Positions 8,627-15,406 of a stretch of 30,586 bases of DNA are shown here, in pieces (position 1 is the first letter of the stretch; each line of letters begins with the position of its first letter). A program made the translations under genes and the position numbers. The stretch comes from Candidatus Eiseniibacteriota bacterium (lineage in GTDB: Bacteria > Eisenbacteria > RBG-16-71-46): the NCBI GenBank assembly GCA_031366735.1, contig JANLOU010000276.1, positions 1 to 30,586 on the forward strand, given 5' to 3'. A model generated the notes under the pieces. That model ran no database searches and was not told where the DNA came from. It saw only the letters and a program-made list of their open reading frames with translations.

Positions 8627-11600
8627 TCAGTCGAGCACGGCCACCTTAAGAGAGCGGGTCTGGCCGGCATGGGTCAGCCGCACCAGGTACACGCCGGGTC
8701 GCAGGGCGCGGCCAGTCGTCAGGGTCACACGGTGTCCCCCCGCGCCCAGGGATCCCACCTCGCGCATTGCAACGCGTCGCCCCGCCAGGTCGAGCAGTTC
8801 GAGCGAAGCCGGACCGCCGCCGGGGAGGGACAGTGCCACCGTGAGGTCGCGCCGCATGGGATTCGGGTACGCGCCTCGCAGCGCCAAGCGGTAATCCCTG
8901 GAGTCCTCCACGGCGAGCGCGGACTGCGCGACCACCTGGAAGTCCGCAGCGCTGCCATCGCTGTATTGCGGCCGCGAACTATCCACCACGCGCACGCGTG
9001 CATGGGTGCTGGAGGGTTCCGTCACCGTCCAAGTGATCGTGGTGTCGGTGACGCTGCGCGCAATCGTCTGCCAGTTCACGCCGCTGTCGCGCGACACCTG
9101 CACATCCACCGCGGTGATGCCAAGCGCCTTGCTCCAGCGGATGGGCCGCTCTTCGCCCGAGATCCACTGCTCGCCGCCGTCGGGGACGATGAGCGCGAGC
9201 GTGGTCGGCAGCGCCGCGCCGCACGCAGTGACCAGCACGCTCACCGAGGAGCTTCCGCGGTTCGCAACCGCGAGGTCGTAGCCCCCATCCTTGTTGAAAT
9301 CGCCCACCGCGAGCGCCCCCGGACTCGTCTGGGTCGCAAATGTCTGGGCGCCCTCGAAGCTGCCATTGCCTTTGCCGAGCAGCACGCTGGCCACCTTGCT
9401 GGTGTTGTTGTTCGCCAACGCGATGTCGGGAATACCGTCGCCGCTCCAGTCCGCCACGCTCACGCCGTTGGGGCCGGAGCCGCTCGCCGCCGTGATCGCC
9501 CCGCCGAATGTTCCGTCCCCGGTGCCGCCCACGCCATTGCCCAGCAGCACGCTGACGCTGCTCGCGCCCGAGTTCGCAACGGCCAGATCGGTGATGCCGT
9601 CGGCATTGAAGTCACCCGTCGCCAGATGGTTGGGAGTCGCGCCGACGCTGTAGGCGACCGAAGCCTGGAATGTGCCGTCGCCCTTGCCCGCAACGCCATT
9701 GCCGAGCAGCACGCGCAGGTTGTTGCTCGAGACCGCAAGATCGTTGATGCCGTCGCTGTTGAAATCGCCCACCACGACGCTGCGCGGAGCGCTGCCAGCC
9801 GGCGCGAGCGTTGCTTCGGCAAAAGTGCCGTTGCCCACTCCCGCAACGCCCAGTCCTCGGACAAGGGCCACCGAGTTGCTGCCGCCCGCGGCGATGAGAT
9901 CCTGGATGCCATCCTCGTCCAGATCGGCGATCGCGATGCCACTCGCCGGGAGGGCGCAGTTCACCAGGTAGGGCGCGGCGAAAGTGCCGTTGCCCACTCC
10001 GCCCGCGCCTTGACCCAGGTGCACCGCCAGCGTGGTGTCCACGAGCGAACCCACCACCAGGTCGGTGATGCCGTCGCCGTTCAGATCGGCAGCAGCGATA
10101 CAGCCGGGCGAAGTTGCGGTGACCACCGAAGTGGCCGCGGCGAAAGTGCCATTGCCCACACCGCCGGCGCCGTTGCCGCGCAGCAAGCTGATGCTATCGG
10201 TGTTGTTGTTCACCACGGCCAGATCCTGGATGCCGTCCTCATCCCAGTCGCCAGTGATCAGCGCCGAAGGGAACGAGCCCACCGCAAGCGCGGCCGTGTT
10301 GGTGAAGTTGCACGCAACGGCTTTCACTTCGGCGCTGAACTGCGAGGAGTCGGCCGCGCGCATCGTCCGCATCTTGTAGTAGTAGGTGCCGAGCCCGCTG
10401 GTGTTGAACAGCAGCGTGGTGGTGTTGCCGATCTTGATGGGATTCAGGTCCAGTTGGGTGCGACTGCGGTAGACATCGTAGCGAAGGATGCTGGGGCTGC
10501 CGCCCGAGGTCCACTGCAGCCGCAGTCCCGCGGGAATCACAACGGCGCTCGGATTGCGTGGTGGCGCAACGCCCGGCGAGCTCCAACATGCGGTCGAAGC
10601 CGAGACCGTGCGCATCTTGGTGATGCAGACCGGATGGAAGTCCAGGCGGACGCCATTGGCAACTCCCGCGATCAAGTGGCAGTAGCTCATGATCGTGCCC
10701 TTGTTGGGCGGCAGGCGGTTGGACACCGCGTTGCAGTTGCCCTCGCTGCTCTGGCAGGAGTCGAGCGTTGCGCCCGCGGGGACGAAGCCCTCGCTGGCCC
10801 ACGAACAACTGTGCGTGTGGTAGGAGCCGAAGTTGTGCCCCAGTTCGTGCGCCACCACATTCGCGTCCCAGGTGGTGGTATTGGTGGGATAACTGTAGAC
10901 CGCGTCGATCGCGCTGACGGCATAGCCGAACGAGCCACAGACACTGCCCACATAGGCGATGCCACCGCCCAGGTTGCGACCCGAGATGAGGTGCGCGAGC
11001 GAGCGGCTCACATCGGCGTGGTTGTTCTCCCAGTAGGTGCGGAACTCCGGCAACTGCCCGCTGGTCGTGCCCTGAGTGTAGGGGTCAGGGGTCACCGTCC
11101 AGAAGTTCACATACGGGAAGCGCAGCGTGAACTCACAGTCGCGTTCATAGATGAGTGACACCGTGCCCAGCAGTGTGAGCATGTAGGAGGTGGCGTTCGG
11201 CAGGTTCGACGCGAACTTGTTGGCGTAGATCTCGTAGTCGCAATCGATCGCCACATCGAACACCAGCCGGGGCGAGTTGACCTGTGCCGAGTAGGGCGAG
11301 GCTTCCCGGTCGAGGCCACCGCTGGGGATCGGCGCGTCGATCCCGATCTTGTTGTACTGCGCTTCGTTCGTGCCATCGATGCCGCACCGAAACGGGCTGG
11401 GCGGATTCTCGAGCGTGGCTTCGTTGGCCAACGCGAACAGCGGCTGCGCTCCCGCGAGGCTCGGCGCGGGCATGAGCGACCAGCGCTCGCCATCCACCGC
11501 GATCGTGGCGGCAGCAGTGCCTGCCCCCAGCGTGACCACGGCCCACGATGCGGTGTCGCCTTCGACCTTGCCCTTGAATACCGAGAAGTCGTTCGGCAGG

Positions 11601-11917
11601 GCGTGGCGGCCGGTGGCGTCGGTGTAGGTGAGCGAGCCTTCCGGCGGCAGGATCGCGAGCGGCTCGAGGGTCAGCGTGAAGCTGCGGTCCTCGGACACCG
11701 GGAGCGTGATCGTGCCGCCATTGCGGGCGCGGAACTCCTCGACGGCGGTGGCGTCCAGAACCAACAGTGTTGTGCTCGGGCGCACGGCGAGGGGGCCGAC
11801 GCGCGTCATGCTGGGCGCAACGCGAGAGAACAACTCGAGGGCGCTGGCCGGGGTATTGCCCGCGAGCAGGAATGCAGCAGCTGCGATGGTCAGTGCGAGT
11901 TGGCGAGCGGGATGCAT
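8627..11917 (-). CDS. Secreted metzincin (reprolysin/M12B-like) zinc metalloprotease with FG-GAP/VCBS propeller and Por-tail-like C-terminus
   Basis: Signal peptide; propeptide ending PFRCG (cysteine-switch-like); HELGHNFGSYH at 10817-10849; Met-turn GTIMSYCH; Fn3-like domain; about 6 FG-GAP repeats (GDWDEDGIQDLAV, ADLNGDGITDLVV etc.); C-terminal YPNP...LLDLAGRRV...PGVYLVRL. Confidence 0.9.
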   Translation of the reverse strand: MHPARQLALTIAAAAFLLAGNTPASALELFSRVAPSMTRVGPLAVRPSTTLLVLDATAVEEFRARNGGTITLPVSEDRSFTLTLEPLAILPPEGSLTYTDATGRHALPNDFSVFKGKVEGDTASWAVVTLGAGTAAATIAVDGERWSLMPAPSLAGAQPLFALANEATLENPPSPFRCGIDGTNEAQYNKIGIDAPIPSGGLDREASPYSAQVNSPRLVFDVAIDCDYEIYANKFASNLPNATSYMLTLLGTVSLIYERDCEFTLRFPYVNFWTVTPDPYTQGTTSGQLPEFRTYWENNHADVSRSLAHLISGRNLGGGIAYVGSVCGSFGYAVSAIDAVYSYPTNTTTWDANVVAHELGHNFGSYHTHSCSWASEGFVPAGATLDSCQSSEGNCNAVSNRLPPNKGTIMSYCHLIAGVANGVRLDFHPVCITKMRTVSASTACWSSPGVAPPRNPSAVVIPAGLRLQWTSGGSPSILRYDVYRSRTQLDLNPIKIGNTTTLLFNTSGLGTYYYKMRTMRAADSSQFSAEVKAVACNFTNTAALAVGSFPSALITGDWDEDGIQDLAVVNNNTDSISLLRGNGAGGVGNGTFAAATSVVTATSPGCIAAADLNGDGITDLVVGSLVDTTLAVHLGQGAGGVGNGTFAAPYLVNCALPASGIAIADLDEDGIQDLIAAGGSNSVALVRGLGVAGVGNGTFAEATLAPAGSAPRSVVVGDFNSDGINDLAVSSNNLRVLLGNGVAGKGDGTFQASVAYSVGATPNHLATGDFNADGITDLAVANSGASSVSVLLGNGVGGTGDGTFGGAITAASGSGPNGVSVADWSGDGIPDIALANNNTSKVASVLLGKGNGSFEGAQTFATQTSPGALAVGDFNKDGGYDLAVANRGSSSVSVLVTACGAALPTTLALIVPDGGEQWISGEERPIRWSKALGITAVDVQVSRDSGVNWQTIARSVTDTTITWTVTEPSSTHARVRVVDSSRPQYSDGSAADFQVVAQSALAVEDSRDYRLALRGAYPNPMRRDLTVALSLPGGGPASLELLDLAGRRVAMREVGSLGAGGHRVTLTTGRALRPGVYLVRLTHAGQTRSLKVAVLD

Positions 11918-11918
11918 T

Positions 11919-14528
11919 TCACCTCACGAGGCTGATCCTCTGCGTGAGCGAATGTTCGCCCTGCGCGAGGCGCAACAGATAGACCCCGGCGGCCAGAGCG
12001 CGCGTACCGGAGAGCGGGACGACATGGCGGCCTGCACTCAGTGTGAGCGAGCGGGCCAGTACGATACGGCCCGTCACATCGACCACCGAGAGAGTGATCG
12101 GCTCGGACGAGGCCAGCGCGAATGACACGGTGAAATCCGCGGACGCCGGGTTGGGGAATGCGGGATCGAGCGCGAACGACAGTTGCACCGGAACCGTGAG
12201 CGAGGCGGCCCCGTAGTAACGCGTCACGCCATTCTCTTGGATGGCGAGACGATACCGATAGGTGCGGCCGGCGACGACCGCGAGGTCGAGGTAGCGCAGG
12301 TGGCCCTCGCCATCGGCCTGGACCATGCCCAGAGGAACGAAAACCCCATCCTCGGCGCGCTCGACGGAAGCTTCGAACCCGCTTGGAGCGTCTACGAACC
12401 ATTCGAGCTCGACGCGGTCGGCCGAGGCCGTGGCCGACACCAGTGCGAGCGCAGTGGGCACCGTGGTCTGAGCGATCGTCCACGGAGCGACATACACATT
12501 CGGGTTGCCGTCGCGGCCATCGCCCCAACAGGCGAACACATTCGTGTTGTTCGCGAACAGGGCCTGATAGTCGCCTTGGTTGGGGGCGATGTTGCTGCTC
12601 ACATTGGTCCAGTCGCTGGTCGCGTCGCTGGTGGCGCCCATCTGTGACCAGTTGCTGCCACCATCATCGGAGAACGCCATATAGATGTTGGACTGTCCGC
12701 CGTTGGTCGCCGCGGCGGCGTCACGGAAATCGAACCATGTGCAGTACACGCGACCATTCCCGGCCACCGCCACCTCGGGCAACCAATCGTCGAATCCGAC
12801 CGGGCTCTGCGACACCCGCACGGGGGTGGCCCAGGTGGTGCCGTTGTCCGAGTAGGTCACGAACACATCGCGTTGGTCGCGGCCGCGCTCGGTGGTGCGG
12901 GCGGCCAGGCCGGTCTTGATGGTGTAGGCGCCGGTGGCGCCGTTGGCGGCGACCCGGAAGAAGTAAGTTCCGGCAGCAGGGGCGGTGAACATGAAGATGC
13001 CGCCAGCGTCCGCGTTGGCCGTGGTCAGGGCCAACCGCGTGGTGCCGTCGGTGGCGAACAAACGCAGCGTGAGGTTGTTGGTGCCCGTGCCGGGCGCGAT
13101 GCCCGATTCGAAGATCACCGATTGGCCGGCGACAAGCGGGGTGCTGTAGTAATCCGCGTCGCCTGTCCCCGCGTTGCCGCTTAACACCTGGCCCACTGTG
13201 AAGGGGTTTGCGGTGCCCGCGGTACCATTGCTCTCGGTTTCGCTCAGCGTCCCCGCCGCACCGATCAAGGGCTCATCGTCGTACCAGTTGAGGGATTCGC
13301 TGAACGACAGATACAAGCGCCCACGCCTGGGGCCAGTGCTGCGGTCCACCGCGAACCCCGCGAACTGGATGCCGGAGGCGCGATTGAAGCCCGGGGCGCC
13401 GCTACCGTAGTTGGTGTAGTAGCTCACGGCGTCCACTGTGGCTGCGAACGATGCGCCCTGAGTGGTCGACTTCCGAATCCGAATGAAGTCCACGTCCACA
13501 AGGCCGATCTTCCAATACTGCACGTAGAGGGCGCCGTCGCCCGCCACGATGGGGCGAGAGCCCTGCACGAGGCTGGCTTCGCCCCCAGCGGCAGGGGAAT
13601 TCGGGTTTGAGATGGTGACGGCGCTGCCCCAACTCGTAACGTTGCTGTCGACGGAGGCATTGAAGTTGATGACGCTGCCGGCGGCTGGGAAGCGCGTATA
13701 GGTGACATACACCTTGCCGCTGCTGGAGTCCGCGACCACCCATTGCTTGTCGATCAAATCGCTGCTCATGCTGACGGTACGGATACTGACCGGGGTGTTC
13801 CAGGCCATGGTGCCGTTGCTGTTCATGCGGCCCTTGATGATGCCGACGCCGCTGGTGGTGGCGAGTGCTCCCGCGCCATTGGCATCGAACAATGCGGTGA
13901 AATAGAACGCGCCGCTCTGCTCATTGACCGCGAGCACCGGGTCGCTGGTCCAGACCCAATCGGGAAGCGAGCCCACCGGGAAGTTCCCGCGGTCGACCCA
14001 GGTGATCCCGCCGTCGATCGAAGTGGCATAACCCTGCCCCGCGCCGGGCGTGACAAACCCCTGCCCATCATTCCACGCCGCGAGCACCTTGTTCCCCCAC
14101 GCCACGATCGAGGTCTCGCTCTGGCCCACATTGGTGCCGGTGTCACCGGCAGGGTCGTTCGCGCGCTTGTTCGACACCGGCGGCGCGGTGGCCGTCGTGC
14201 GCTGCGCGACGCGCGGATGGGTCGGGGGCTCGTCGGCCCGTCGCGCGCCATCCTCGTCGATGCCCTCCGGCTTCTTGCGCAGCCCAGCCGTGGAGAACTG
14301 GGTGATGCCCTTTTTCTTCATCAGCCGCACCAGCTTGCGCAGTTCCTCGTGACGCTCCCTGGCCTCGCGCCGCTCGTGCATGGGTTCGCGGGCCATGAGC
14401 TTGGCTTGCAATGCTTTGAGTGGGGCCAGACCTGTCGCGGGCTGAGCAACCGACGCGAACGATCCAACCGCCATCGCGGCCAGCGCAAGGGTCGCGAGCC
14501 GGCTTGGGAAAGTCGCGCAGTGCCGCAT
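11919..14528 (-). CDS. Secreted BNR beta-propeller protein with PPC-like insert, Fn3-like domain and Por-tail-like C-terminus (paralog of 5721-8402)
   Basis: ATG 14528 with GAGAGG RBS; signal peptide; Asp-boxes (TSIDGGITW, KSTTQGASF, YSDNGTTW, FSDDGGSNW); shared blocks with 5721-8402 (WTSDPVL, DKQW, GRDQRDV, APNxGDY); C-terminal FPNP...VVDVTGR...AGVYLLRL. Its stop is 1 bp from the protease start. Confidence 0.85.
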   Translation of the reverse strand: MRHCATFPSRLATLALAAMAVGSFASVAQPATGLAPLKALQAKLMAREPMHERREARERHEELRKLVRLMKKKGITQFSTAGLRKKPEGIDEDGARRADEPPTHPRVAQRTTATAPPVSNKRANDPAGDTGTNVGQSETSIVAWGNKVLAAWNDGQGFVTPGAGQGYATSIDGGITWVDRGNFPVGSLPDWVWTSDPVLAVNEQSGAFYFTALFDANGAGALATTSGVGIIKGRMNSNGTMAWNTPVSIRTVSMSSDLIDKQWVVADSSSGKVYVTYTRFPAAGSVINFNASVDSNVTSWGSAVTISNPNSPAAGGEASLVQGSRPIVAGDGALYVQYWKIGLVDVDFIRIRKSTTQGASFAATVDAVSYYTNYGSGAPGFNRASGIQFAGFAVDRSTGPRRGRLYLSFSESLNWYDDEPLIGAAGTLSETESNGTAGTANPFTVGQVLSGNAGTGDADYYSTPLVAGQSVIFESGIAPGTGTNNLTLRLFATDGTTRLALTTANADAGGIFMFTAPAAGTYFFRVAANGATGAYTIKTGLAARTTERGRDQRDVFVTYSDNGTTWATPVRVSQSPVGFDDWLPEVAVAGNGRVYCTWFDFRDAAAATNGGQSNIYMAFSDDGGSNWSQMGATSDATSDWTNVSSNIAPNQGDYQALFANNTNVFACWGDGRDGNPNVYVAPWTIAQTTVPTALALVSATASADRVELEWFVDAPSGFEASVERAEDGVFVPLGMVQADGEGHLRYLDLAVVAGRTYRYRLAIQENGVTRYYGAASLTVPVQLSFALDPAFPNPASADFTVSFALASSEPITLSVVDVTGRIVLARSLTLSAGRHVVPLSGTRALAAGVYLLRLAQGEHSLTQRISLVR

Positions 14529-14583
14529 GGGTCGAGTCCTCTCTGGAGAATCCGCAGGGATGGTGAAAAGTGCCGCCGCGCGG

Positions 14584-15060
14584 CTACTGCCAGGGCGAGA
14601 CCATGAAATAGAGCAGGCCCAGGAACAACGCCAACTGCGCCGCATTGGCCACGCGCCAGCGTCCCAGGGTACCGCCCCATTCCACGGGATCACTGCCGTT
14701 GGGGCCACTGGCTGCCGAACGGGCCAATGCAGCCAGCTTCATGGAGGTCGGCAGGTCCACGGCCAGCGACAGCACCAAGGAGCCCAGCCACAGCCCATTC
14801 ACGATCCGGAACACGGTGGTGGTCTTCATCGAGTAACCCAACTGCATGGCGAGGAAATTGCCGACCAGCCCCAGCCCCAGCAGCGCCGCCAAGCCGAACA
14901 CGACCGAGATGCGTTGATTCAGCTCGAGGAGTGTGGCGCGCACGGTCCAGTCCTTGGCGCGGCGCGCGGCCAACACATTCCAGTGGGTGGCGAACAAGGC
15001 TGCCACGAAAACGAAGGAGAACAGGACATGGGCATACTTCACCCAGGCGATCATCGGCAT
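14584..15060 (-). CDS. Four-helix integral membrane protein, DUF2269-like
   Basis: ATG 15060 with GGAG RBS; four hydrophobic segments; His-containing first helix (KYAHVLFSFVFVA) and LMVxKP-like end (LYFMVSPWQ), typical of DUF2269/CopD-like proteins. Confidence 0.7.
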   Translation of the reverse strand: MPMIAWVKYAHVLFSFVFVAALFATHWNVLAARRAKDWTVRATLLELNQRISVVFGLAALLGLGLVGNFLAMQLGYSMKTTTVFRIVNGLWLGSLVLSLAVDLPTSMKLAALARSAASGPNGSDPVEWGGTLGRWRVANAAQLALFLGLLYFMVSPWQ

Positions 15061-15197
15061 CAGGGCTCCATGAGGAGGATGCTTGCGCGAAGCTGCTTGC
15101 GAAGGGGGAGCTAGAGGATAGCCGGGCGGGACGGAGCGGCCAACCCCGTTCATTTAGTTCGTGCCGAACTCAAGTTTCAGGCGTTATAGAGGATGAG

Positions 15198-15368
15198 GGC
15201 GGACATGGTGATTCCCGCGAGGGTCCCGGGTCCCACTCGGATAGGAAGGGGCTGAACCGGAGCAGCCGGGTGGGACGCATGGGTCCACCCAGCCCGCTCA
15301 GGGGAAGCGCTTGCAGCACCAGCGGTGCCCGTTCGGGGACTCGGGGGAGACCCGACGGGTGTCCAGGC
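15198..15368 (+). ncRNA. Candidate structured ncRNA, long rod with central bubble (6S-RNA-like)
   Basis: End pairings GGACA/TGTCC, GGT/ACC, TTCCC/GGGGA, CGA/TCG, GTCCC/GGGAC; bubble with small hairpin GCACC-AGC-GGTGC; apical stem CTGA..GGGTGGGAC/GTCCACCC..TCAG. It is followed by a plus-strand terminator. Family and strand are not proven. Confidence 0.45.
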
Positions 15369-15373
15369 GCGAG

Positions 15374-15400
15374 GGCTCGGCGGGCAACCGCCGGGCCTTT
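15374..15400 (+). terminator. Intrinsic terminator-like hairpin oriented for a plus-strand transcript (may also end the adhesin mRNA)
   Basis: GGCTCGGCGG-GCAA-CCGCCGGGCC-TTT: 10-bp stem with one G.U pair, a GNRA loop and Ts on the + strand. On the - strand it has a C.A mismatch and no U-run. Confidence 0.7.
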
Positions 15401-15406
15401 CGTGTC

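Noticed and set aside
8342-11158. Long plus-strand ORFs (also 986-2470, 6915-8432, 23416-25455 and many others)
   Set aside because: Antisense shadows of real minus-strand genes caused by high-GC codon bias; Arg/Ala/Gly-rich with no motifs.
5721-14528. Calling the propeller proteins sialidases
   Set aside because: Asp-boxes only indicate the fold; the FRIP motif and Arg triad could not be identified.
15248-15290. GGGGCTGA (tmRNA-like start) and GTGGGACGCA (c-di-GMP-I-like) within the candidate RNA
   Set aside because: No TTCGAC or tRNA-like 3' end for tmRNA; no GAAA tetraloop/receptor or GCAAA context for the riboswitch; no SRP GGAAGGAAGCAG or RNase P motifs.
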